Shown piece after piece: positions 25,801 through 36,375 of a stretch of DNA of 64,000 nucleotides (positions are counted from its first letter, which is position 1; each line of letters begins with the position of its first letter). Source of the DNA: Lingula anatina (lineage: Eukaryota > Animalia > Brachiopoda); the NCBI GenBank assembly GCA_051362555.1, contig CM120641.1, forward strand, positions 3,410,001-3,474,000. The letters are read 5' to 3'. The notes below the pieces were generated by a model that worked only from the letters and a program-made list of their open reading frames with translations, made no database searches and was not told the DNA's origin. Position numbers and translations under genes: made by a program.

Positions 25801-27702
25801 AGGAATGGATGCACACGTACATGCAGTGCTCTCAAAAATTCCTATTAGTGATAGAAAGTTAGACGAAATTCGTCAAGAAACTGAACAAACTGAACAGTTT
25901 CAGACTTTGCGCAAAACCGTTTTAAATGGTTGGCCTGTTAAAAGGAGTGATTGCCCCTCTGAGATTATAGAATTTTGGAATCACAGAGACGAATTGTCTT
26001 ACATTGATGGCCTACTGCTCAAAGGTCAAAAGGTTATCATACCCCAGAAACTAAGGGTGAAAATGCTGCATTCTATACACACAGGTCACAAAGGAATAGA
26101 GAAATGCCAAAAACGAGCCAGATCAGCAATTTTTTGGCCAGGCATGTCAGGTGACATTAATGATTTTGTTTCCAAGTGCCCCATTTGTCTCATGCAGAGA
26201 AATAACAACCCTAAACAACCTTTGCAGCCACACCCCATCCCTGATTACCCCTGGCAAACAGTTGCCACTGACTTGTTTACATGGGATGGAAAGGATTTTA
26301 TAGTTATAGTTGATTATTACAGTCGATACTTTGAGGTAGCTCAACTTACCTCTACTCAAAGTTATCAAGTAATCAGCAAGTTAAAGGTTATATTTGCTAG
26401 ATTTGGAATCCCAGAAACTGTCATTTCAGACAATGGTCCTCAGTACGCCTCTCAGGAGTTCACTGATTTCTCTAAGCAATATGATTTCAAACATGTGACC
26501 TCCAGCCCCAATTACCCTCAGTCCAACGGACTAGCTGAGAAATATGTCCAAATTGTAAAGAGACTGTTTGAAAAGTCAAAGTCTGATAAATCTGACCCTA
26601 ATTTGGCCTTATTGGAATACAGGGTGTCCCCCCTTGACATCGGATACTCCCCAGCGCAGTTATTACAAGGACGGCAGTTGCGTTCTGTTTTACCTGCCAC
26701 CAATCAACAGTTGTGTCCCCAGTTCATTGATCCTGGAAAGGTCAAACATAAGATAGATTCAAGTCGTCAAAAGCAGAAGAAATTTTATGACCATGGTTCC
26801 CAACCCCTTCCCCCTATAACTGTAGGTGAGTCAGTCAGATTTCAGCGAAATGACAAGTTATGGAAACCTGCCAATGTCATTGATAAGGTGAATGAAAATT
26901 CATTTGTTTTACAAGCTCCTAATGGTGGTATATATCGACGTAACAGGCGTCATATTCTCAAAACAAAAGAGCCCAATGTTCCTCATGACACTGACCCACA
27001 AGTGCCTATTTGCACTGAGAATCTGGTTAATAAATCCAGTGATCTTAAAATTCTAGCAGATCACCCAAAGCCTGCTGTAAATGACCCAGTTAAGTCCCCA
27101 GTTAAAGTCAAATCAACCCCTCAGAAAGATGAATGTCATTCGCCCCAGCCCTATGTAACACGAGCTGGCAGAGTTTGCAAACAAAAAATTATAGAATCTA
27201 TGTAATTTTTGCAAAGTGATATAAAAGACTTTAGAGGAAATTACCCTTGGACAAAAGGATATGAACTTAACTTTATCAAGAATTTTTTCAATGACAGTAT
27301 ATGTTCACTATTGGATACACATATCTGACAGGCAGGACTAACAAGCACATATTGCCAGTGCAGGGATATTTCACCAAGACTATGACTGTTAACACCCAGG
27401 ACATTTGATTGAAGAAAGGGAGATGTAACATTATCTTCTTGTTTTTGGTAAATGTCATCAAAGTTCACAAGCTTCCATTTGTGGCATTCTTTGAATGACC
27501 CTTGGTCACCTACAGATTACACTTGATGACAGTTCTCAGCCATTGTTAAAGTAAACAGGTGTTCCTCATACTTTTTAATGTACATGTATATACAAGCCTA
27601 GCAGTTCACAATAAACTTTCGTAGAAGTCAGACGCATTGTTGTTGTCTCTCTCCTGAATAGAGTCCGGCACGTTGGACTCAGTAAAGAGCCATCATATTA
27701 CA
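22807..27702 (+). mobile_element. Full-length Ty3/Gypsy LTR retrotransposon (Mag clade, Steamer-like)
   Basis: 279-bp LTRs at 22807-23085 and 27424-27702 (TGTAACA...TTACA), identical by eye. 5-bp TSD AAAAT (22802-22806, 27703-27707). PBS TGGTGTCAGAAGTGG at 23086-23100 (tRNA-Leu). PPT gaagaaagggaga at 27411-27423. Single gag-pol ORF. Confidence 0.98.
23162..27205 (+). CDS. Gag-Pol polyprotein (Gag zinc knuckles, protease, RT, RNase H, integrase)
   Basis: Uninterrupted ORF with first ATG at 23162. Knuckles CDNCGYEHAKTDRC and CNNCKKFNHFAKKC; protease DTGS; RT LDARSGY..LPFGL..LVDD; RNase H TDAS..EKE..TDH; integrase HTGH..CPIC plus D-D-E (TDLF, SDNG, LAEK). The PR-RT-RH-IN order is that of Gypsy. 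Confidence 0.98.
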   Translation: MELTGIPTPSMDWSASNLPEQWKKFHSLVELIFNGPLKEKEEKVKVTYLLLWIGDKGREIKSTWTNLDEPDKLQSYYDRFKAHVQPKLNPIFARFKFNNETQGASTVEQFITRLRTLAVDCAYTNAEEMIRDRIVFGTSSEKVREKLINEGDKLTLDKAVQIAQSYEYSMEQLKTMGKEVSSIKKQPPRTGNWRHVNRQKKQQKQDRHECDNCGYEHAKTDRCPAKGKQCNNCKKFNHFAKKCRKSIAKKHVNELQALPDQPDSDSDSDSQFIVDSIDTSEGLDQAFCHVEIGPAKINVKFKIDTGSQVNILPKHVFDSIGHVDDLKPPSQKLTAYNGHSLKNLGSANFTCQYKKKSIGLLFHVVDTESSPILGLKACMDLCLIKLVYACDVDADVKRELVGKRDSSKPSQNLNKSEFGKDQILHEYKDVFEGIGLFPGECVIHTDPDVIPVVHPPRKVPHALHEKLKNELERMEKLDVICKVTEPTEWVNSLVIVEKPESSSGKVRVCLDPKDLNRAILRPHYPPRTLEEVLPQLAGAQYFSKLDARSGYWTIKLSTESSYLTTFNTPFGRYRYLRLPFGLRSSQDEFQRRVDENFEGLNGVIALVDDIIVFGKNREQHDQNLRNVLQRSRECGIKLNREKMEIGVTKVKYFGHIITSKGLEPDPEKVKAIREMKAPTNKKELETFLGMVTYLAKFAPNLSEITSPLRKLLAKDMIFQWIDEHEKALNEVKEVITATPSPMLTYFDPSQVTTLQTDASKYGLGAALLQDGKPIAYASKALNTSEINYAQIEKEMFGIVFGCKRFHQYVYGRKVVVETDHKPLIPIFKKPLNTAPPRLQRMLLQLQRYDLEVIYKPGTQIPLADTLSRNFVKDTYPELAKGMDAHVHAVLSKIPISDRKLDEIRQETEQTEQFQTLRKTVLNGWPVKRSDCPSEIIEFWNHRDELSYIDGLLLKGQKVIIPQKLRVKMLHSIHTGHKGIEKCQKRARSAIFWPGMSGDINDFVSKCPICLMQRNNNPKQPLQPHPIPDYPWQTVATDLFTWDGKDFIVIVDYYSRYFEVAQLTSTQSYQVISKLKVIFARFGIPETVISDNGPQYASQEFTDFSKQYDFKHVTSSPNYPQSNGLAEKYVQIVKRLFEKSKSDKSDPNLALLEYRVSPLDIGYSPAQLLQGRQLRSVLPATNQQLCPQFIDPGKVKHKIDSSRQKQKKFYDHGSQPLPPITVGESVRFQRNDKLWKPANVIDKVNENSFVLQAPNGGIYRRNRRHILKTKEPNVPHDTDPQVPICTENLVNKSSDLKILADHPKPAVNDPVKSPVKVKSTPQKDECHSPQPYVTRAGRVCKQKIIESM

Positions 27703-28466
27703 AAAATAACTCAAAGTTTGCTAATTTTCATTTTTGTAAATCCCCAGTTGTACCTATACATGTATTTTGGCAGACATTTTTGCATGACACATGGACTAAC
27801 ATATATGAGGTCTAAAGGGTAAAGCTTGAAACTTGGGGTTTATTTACATGATTCTTGTTTTACCACTGTACTTACATGTGTGTACATCTGCTGTTTTGCT
27901 AGAGTTTCTGCAGTAGAGGCATGTAGCAGTGCACTTGAGCTATGGGCATCTTGAAAACTCTGATATCTTTTCCATATTTTACCCTGCATTAATTGAGCTG
28001 TGATCATTACACACATCACATCACGAAGTCATGTATTCTTGCCCCAATATGAAATGCACAGAGATGTGTTCATTCACTTGTTTGTGGTATCACCTGGCTT
28101 ATATGGCACTTTCAGAGTCTTGCATTCAGCAACAGCACTTACTTTAAGATACACTCATTGACAGGGTTACAAAGAGAGGCAAATTGAGGAAAAGGGTTCA
28201 AATTAAGTAATTTACAACTTGCAGTGTGTTATTTATTTATTGAGAACATTTAACAGTTTATCTTTTTATATTCACAGGTGATCGAAGGTATACACTCTAT
28301 AGACCTCAAATGATATCATCCCCAATTTTGAAGATGAAGATGATGGCCGTAAGAAGTGAATTACTGTACTAGTAGCCATGCTTTACCAGGACACAGGGTC
28401 GCAAGACCACCACATGTTGAATGAAAAATTGAAAATAGAGAATTGGCCATCGACACTGCTAAGTGC

Positions 28467-29042
28467 ATGATGATTCGGCCAATGAAACCATGCCGCAGGG
28501 GCATCAAGAGGAACATCGCATTACTTGTTGTCTTTGTTATTGGAATTTACTGTTATGTTACTATACATTACTATGGTAGTAAATGGAGGCCATTAAGGCC
28601 TCTTGCTACAGCTGAAAAGGAAGCTCAGCGATTACTCAAATTCATCACCACATACCATTATCTATGTAACAGTACAGTTGCCCTGAGTAACAGGACAGAC
28701 TACTTGATTTGCACTGAAAATAACACGGGGATTGACTTTGAACAGAGTGGAATAGCTTACTCTGTATGGTAAGGAGAATATTGTATTACATCAATCTTGA
28801 GACACTATTTTTTAACAAATTGAGGCACTATTTTTTAACAATCTGTGTAAAAGTGTGTACTTTCTGCTGTCACCTACTAGTAGAAGTGTGCTGATGAACT
28901 TGTAGATTTCAAAAAATGGTATGATCTTTGATTGAAAAAAACACTGTGATCTTTCATGCAAGTACATCTTTTAGAGACTTTCATGTTGTACATATAGCTA
29001 TATATATGCTATTATCAGTTTTTTTTGTTATCTGGTATAAGC

Positions 29043-29104
<62 letters not shown>

Positions 29105-32038
29105 GACATTAATTTGTATATTATTTCATGATTAATATTAAGCACATTTCCATTATATTTCCAGGACTCCATATGACATAGCATTTGAGAGTGCTCTTGC
29201 TTTGAACTATAGCTTCCAAGTCAATGTAATCACAAACTTTGCAGATGCAGATATAGTTTTTAGAGAGATGAATAACACACATATTCTAAAAACCTTTTTG
29301 GTTGCAAATGACAATCATGATTTTACAAGAAACCTTTATGGACAGAATACATTCAATGACATACTGAAGAAAGGAGGAGTTAAACATATAGATATTCTGA
29401 AAATGGACAGACCTTCCAGAGAAGTACAATTGTGGGAAATTCTTCATTTCATGAATGAGGATAGGTTGCTGATGTCAGTTAAGCAGTTGCACATAGTAAT
29501 GACAATAGGTGAGGCACTCTTTTCTCATGATTCTTTGGTGGACCCAAGATGCACAAATAACATATGCCCCCCTCCCTGGTCACAACAACCTTAAGAATCT
29601 CTGTCAATATTTTCTTATATGCAATGATAGCCTAGTGTTATAAGTTGCACACATTTGTACACTTTTGAAACATTTAAATTTTGGCCCATGAAACTTGAAG
29701 AGTGGCTTCTATAATATATGCATCATATGAAAAGAAGCAAAAGGTGAAAAATGATAATTTGCATGTAATCTGCACCCTCCTCCATGTTAATCTACTCTTT
29801 TTTTCTTATACCCTTTATTTCAGATAAGCTGGATGATGACTATTTATTCAACTGGTACAGGTCCCTGTACAATCTGTTCTATCACCAAGGGTTCCGTCTC
29901 TACCACACCTCTGCCTCCAGTCCTCTTTGTTTACAAGTCACCGTCATGGAGTCCTGTGTTTACTGGTTGTCATGGATACAGAACCCTGGGGAGCAGGTGT
30001 TTGTGATGCACCCGCCTGCTGATGCAGGTGAGAGAACACACCTGTGTACACAGGGTCTTCTTTACTCATAGTGATTCACTTACACATGTTAATAAAAAAT
30101 GTATGCCCTCACACTTTGAATACACAACACTTGTAAGTCTGAAATAATCCAGTCCAGTTTTTCAGACATAATACCAACTTGTAAGGCATGTCAGTCTTGA
30201 TAACAAAACTACATTCAGGGGTGGATCCAGAGGTATTTTCTGACAGTCTTCCAAAATATCTTTGTTGATCCATCCTCATTTTTGACCGTCTTCCGACAGA
30301 AAAACTTTAATATCCGTCTATGTAAACTTGAAAATCTGACCGTCTTCCGGAAGACCCAGAAGACGGCCTAAATCCGCCCCTGACATTATTGCCTTTCACA
30401 AAAAGTCATTAAAGACACTTATAACAAGATATTAACTAGTCTATGAAGTTCCAACTTTTTTCTTGTTATCATTCCAGGTGCACTTGAACTAGAAGAAGCT
30501 CGAGTATTAGACCATATCAACACCTTGCAGGAGGAATGCCATGCTTTCCTGGAGGCCCCCAATCTGGTATCCACTGTCCTCCCTCACAGCACCTCTGTCA
30601 CTGGAGTATGCTCCCTGGAGCAGCACAGGAGACAGGTGCTCATATTTAGGTGGGTCAGCTCACAAAGCATGACTTAGAACAAACAATAATTTATCATTTA
30701 ATGTGTTTTTCTTTTCTAAAGCATAGAAGGTGAGAGCTCATATTCAGGGGGCAATAACAAATGAAGGTGTGATATCTCATTGGTACTAACAGACTTCATT
30801 GAATTGCTTAATGAGCTCATTTACAAAAGTCAAATATTCATGTATACCTCTATCAGATTTATAGTGACATGCACTTAAATGGATTTTATGGATGAAGTAT
30901 ACATATATATTTCCAATACATTCTCATTGCTTTTTGCCTTTAAAGCAAAAACGGGGAACTCCCAGTTAGACAAGTTTTCCGTGAGGCTGACTGTGATGTC
31001 TACCAGTTTATTCCAGTCATTCAGTATGGAAACCTTATATTCAAACAAGAGTAAGCAAAAATGTTTTCATGATATATTTAAGGAACAGAGAGACAGTTAA
31101 AAAAAAAAAAAACTTACACAATTCTGGAAGAAATTTGGCATTGGAAAAATATTGATTAATGCTATTTTTGCTCTCATGGGCTAATAACTGGCAATGTGAA
31201 ACACAGTTCAATGAAGATGTACCAAAAAAATGAAGATTTTAAAGATATTCTTTATTAAGCAAAGTATTTTTGTCAGCAGAGTAAATTGATGAAGATGATA
31301 TTTGTTATACTTCAGATCTGGTCACAGAAAACTTAATGAGTTGACCATGGATGACCTGAAATTGTTTGTCAAGCGTTTAAGGACAGTAGATGTTATAGAT
31401 ATTCACTACACAACCATGGAATGGGAGATTTTGTCAAGCTTTTTGAATAATGGAATATTAAAGGTACATTGTCTATGTCATGTTTCATGTTTCACACCCA
31501 CATTCCCCTCATTTTTAATTTTGATATGAAAAAATATGAAAAAGTTACCATTTTTTCATGTATTTTTTTTCTGATTCTAAGTAACTATTTTGAGTATGTA
31601 GTATCCTAAGTGCAGTTCCTTTTAAATTGGTTTTTACCTGCTATTTATTCAAATGTTTTATTGGGAACATCTGTAGATTATCTGAAGATGTATTTATTGG
31701 AGTTCTAGAAAAACAAGTTTATTCACGAGGCTTTGAAAAATATCTATTTACAGTCTGCCCATCAGTTGATATTCCAAGCCAATATGATCGACAGAGTGTA
31801 CGGCAGACATCCAGCATCATTACGAAAAATGTATAGTGAACTCCGCCGCCTTGAAGTCCAAGGATTCCTTTTGTTCCACTCTATCCCATGCCACATGAGT
31901 GAGTTCCTGTATTATCAGGCAAACAAAGGGAAAGTAATGGAAGAGCAGTCACTCTCTTATTGTTACAAATTAAGTTTCATGAAAAGAAACTTCAAAAAGA
32001 AGACAAAAACGGGTTTTCAGAGAGACCAGGTTGCATGA
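28467..32038 (+). CDS. Type II membrane protein with two tandem METTL24-like (Methyltransf_22) domains
   Basis: Exons 28467-28768, 29165-29508, 29824-30027, 30478-30649, 30945-31049, 31316-31462, 31754-32038. N-terminal TM IALLVVFVIGIYCYV. Domain 1 has IDILKMD..WEILHFM..VKQLHI..QGFRLYH..CVYWLSWI. Domain 2 has VDVIDI..EWEILSSF..AHQLIF..QGFLLFH..CYKLSFM. Confidence 0.8.
29045..29102. repeat. (TA)n microsatellite
   Basis: Read directly. A similar tract lies at 36314-36372. Confidence 0.95.
30216..30382 (+). mobile_element. MITE family B, copy 1 (CAGGG...CCCTG termini, 5-bp TSD)
   Basis: TIR caggggtggat / atccgcccctg; TSD ACATT on both sides. Confidence 0.8.
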
Positions 32039-34847
32039 CGAATTACGTCAAAAGTGGCATTTTTCCCAGTGCAGTTCTTAATGGTGGTTTAAAGTTTTCT
32101 TCTTAGCTTTATTTTATTTTTACCTAGATGAATGCTTTAGAAGCCTTGTATCAAGGAGTGACGCTGTTCAGCCAAGTGGAGATTTCATTGTTGTATGATA
32201 TTGTGATGTAATGTGTTGAGAAATAACTAGAATATTTCATGAGTGTTTAAGAGAAAATAATTGTATGGTCATGTTATTTGTTGTCTTCAGCAGCTTAAAA
32301 TGCATCAGGATCTGTTTTATATCTGTGGAATACTCCAAAATGAGGTTTTACTCACAAATGTAATGGCATTGCAATTGATAACTATTAAAGTTGTAGCACA
32401 ACCGATTTTATTTCTTGGCATATTAAATTACATTTCCTTTTAATGGGAAGTGTGTTTAATGGGAAGTATGAATGATTTTAATTTTTATCAGTCATAAATA
32501 GAAACCTCACACATCTACAACTGATATGCACAATGATGAATGATTAAAAAATGTATACTGTATACTATAGTTCCATTACTGTAATACACATCACCATAAA
32601 TGTGTAATTACATATAAAATGCTGCATCTTAGGACATTGAAAAGTAATATTACATGACATGTAAGTTTTGCACATTAAACAATTCAGAAGAAAAATTGAG
32701 CATTACCAGAGATCTGTGAGCGTTTGTCTTGAAACCCTTTTGTGGCTTCTGCACATGCTGTGAACATTTTAATGTGGATGTCCAATTTTTACCTACAAAG
32801 TTGGTCACACAAGAATGTATGCTAAGGGTGCATCCATGATGAAAGTACAGCCCCCTTCAGAATTAGAAGAGCTGAGTGCGAGCTAGGCCACAACCTAAAT
32901 ATGGCAGACCTACATGAAAGGAAGACCACTTAATCCTGTAATGGTCTCTCTGCCTTTCACACGGCTCCCCCCCGTGTCATCCCTCGACCAGTTGAATTGA
33001 TCTGAGATTTAATTACTGTGCCCCCCCCCCCCCGAAAAATAAACTTTAATGAAAGAATTTGAATGAGACAAAAACCAAGCAATTTTCCATTCCTGTGCAT
33101 TGAATAGTGCAGTGAAAACATCCTCACCTACTGCTTTGTGTTGCATGAAAGAATCTGTTTGTTTTGTGCCCTCCCCCATCCCATAAAATCCTGGTTCTTC
33201 AGTGTCCGTGTACACAATTTATGATTATTATATTATTAAATCGAGTTACTGCCTCAGTATAAACATGTCCTTTCTTTAAATGCTTCATCATTGCATAATT
33301 TTGCCTATTATGCAATATATGTTGAAACACTTTCTGTTGGTAACTAACTGTAAAAGAATAAAAATAACTCCATTCCATATATTTATTTTCATATATCGCT
33401 GCATGTAAACTGTTCTAACGATATCAGTTTTGTTAAATTTTTTGTTAAATTACCTTCTTAATGACAAACAACTGATGACATTAAATAAATGAATATAAAT
33501 AAATAGGAAAATGGACTTCAACAACAAAAAGGTCATACAAAGCAGATAAATGTCTTTTTTACTCAAAATATTCTTTGCAAAAACTGTTACAAAATATATA
33601 AATTCGTTTCATCCAAAGTTTTTGTCATGGAAGTAAAGCAAGAGGAGACATTAATTTGGATTATTTTACAAAAGAAATCACTTAAAATTGGAGCTCTTGA
33701 AAAAGTTAATCTCATAACCCCCTAAACTATTTTTACTTCAACATTTGGATAAAAAAGTTTCATATTTTATCTCCAGTCACAAAGGAATATTTTCATACAA
33801 CTAAAGTTGACCAAATGAAAATATAAACAAAACGTAGACACACAGGTCTAATGTAATTGTTAATTAGACTTGAAAGCTTTCTTAAAAAGCCATTTATGAT
33901 TGCTTTAATATTAAACATTAAAGAGAACCCATATGATTGAAAATGCTGCAATGTTCAGTTTATGCATAGGTGTATGGGAATAAATGGCAATCCCTGTAAT
34001 ACCAGATGCTTCCATCAACCACAGCCTGTACCGTACTGTACAACACACTTACACAAAGTAAGATTGCACTGAAGATGTGGAATGCCTTTCACTGTGATTT
34101 TTTCCAAGGAAAATAGATGACTTATTATTTAGTACAAATTTTTTTGATAAGGTTTATCTTATAGAACTTCCCTAAAACCCTTCTTCCCATTACGCTTGAG
34201 CTGAGTATAAATTATATTCAGTTCCTGTCCACACAAAGTATGAACCATTACAATTCCCCCAAAACTTGTTTTAACCCAAACTTCACCCATTTAGTCTAAT
34301 GCTAGCAAATAATTGTTATTGATTAGCTACCACTACAGAAAATGAAAAAAAAATCTTATATTACTTCTTCATGAATTTGGCATTAATCTGGTGAAAAGGA
34401 ATGTAATTGGCAAAAACAAAAATAAATGAATAAAATAAAGAGTCTTGTGTTCATAATATCATAATGTTCATGACCCATAATTCTCTATTCTTAGCTCATA
34501 TCACTGAACATCAGACTGGAGAGATTTTCTACAACCTGCCCAGCATCTCCAGCAACACAGTTGATAAAGCAGAATCAATAAGTTACAGCACCACACCCTC
34601 AGGCCCACCAGGGGCACCTGTCAAGCTGGGTTTTTATCTTTTACAATACACAGACCCTGCCATTACTTGGGTACTCCCAACACTCTGCAACAAATATGGT
34701 AAGCCAGACTCAGATGTTTATTTCAAATCAGTTCAGTTTAATTTGGGCGCCAATACATAGCTCCAAAAGAGAGATCTTATTCAACCCCAAGTAAAATTTT
34801 CCAATGTGGAAGTGATATTTTTGTAAGGTCTTTTGCGTATGCAAAAC

Positions 34848-36309
34848 TCATAAAGCTGACATGTCCCCATATTCCCGATTCCAAGATTCGTATGCTTGTA
34901 AAGTTCTTTGAGGAACACTGCAGCGGATTTTGCGCAATGAATGTTCAAAATCTGACAGGCGAATGTTCCGAATCTGAAATTATAAAATAAGATAATCAGG
35001 TTTTGTTTCTACAAGTTGTGATTAGCAGGTCTTTTTAGCATGTCTGTAACTAAAAAATGTCAATGACAACAGAATTTTTGGACTTGTTTAAATAGATCTA
35101 TTTGAGTTTCATTAACAAAAACTTTACCTGGCTTGCATCCATGGTCCTAACATCATTTGGATTCAATTCTGAAAGTAATATTTAAATTATAATATATGTG
35201 TCTACTTACACCTTTATTCTTTGTTGCAATAAGACCAATGCCAAAATCTGCATACACCAAAATTACAAGAAAAATTATGAGAATTTATGCTTCAGGCTAT
35301 AAAAACTAAAACTCATAAATCTTAATTATTATGTACATTGGCACAAGCTAAGTCATTCTCATTCCTTTTTCTATAAATAGGCAATTGTGCAAAATATTTT
35401 AAAAGTATTTTTGGTCTTTAAAGCACCACAACATTGAAGCAAGCTAAAAGCTTTTGTCTTAAAGAGAATATTAACTTCCAGTTTTCAGAACCAGTCCCTA
35501 ATTCTTACCTCTAATTGGTCCCAAGGCAGCATCTTTAGCTAGAGCATTCATATCACTGCCAGAATAACCTTCACAGCTCCTGAAACAAGACACAGTTTCC
35601 TTCAAATATCTCTTCAGTTTAGTCTCATTGATGGCAACCATCAGGATCCATACAGGGAAAAGGGGCAAACAGGGGGAAAACATACTAAGAAAATATTAAA
35701 TTGGCAACCTATTTGATTCATATAACTTTAATTACATATGCTTACCCAGTAATACAGAACCATACCTTGCTAGTCTATCTATTTCATCCATTGTTAAGGG
35801 ATTATTGTGCTTGCTGAGTAAATGGGTCAGCATGCCCCGCCTTGTTTCAAAATCTGGCATGCCGACATAGATCCTCTTGGGAAATCTACGCAGCACAGCA
35901 TCGTCCAGCTCCTGAGGTCGGTTTGTTGCACCCATGATGAGAATTCTGTCTTCACTGTTACTTGTTACCTGACAGGAATAGAAAACAATAATGTAAGTCT
36001 CCAGCTCAATTCTCATATATGACTTAAATCTATTATTAATGGTGAGAGGGAAAGATGATAAATTTGATATAGGGCTCAATTTCTGACAGAAAGTGAAGTT
36101 ATTAATTAACATCCAATAATTACCACCAGTCAGGAAAATGAGAGTCACTACCGTGATCCATCGTTGTTCAATGTTTGTTTAATGCATCTTGAAACTTCAA
36201 AATAAAAACCACACTGCATGCTAGGACTCACTCAGTAATTTTCAGGTATACTAAACATTATCTAGTGAAGCCATAAAAATTTAAACGGTATCACTGTTTG
36301 CCACCAAAT

Positions 36310-36375
<66 letters not shown>

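Noticed and set aside
23464-26756. Short antisense and alternative-frame ORFs inside gag-pol
   Set aside because: Shadow ORFs of the long coding frame with no recognisable motifs; no env-like ORF is present.
34464-34760. 98-aa + strand ORF
   Set aside because: Antisense to the presumed spastin 3' UTR with no recognisable domain.
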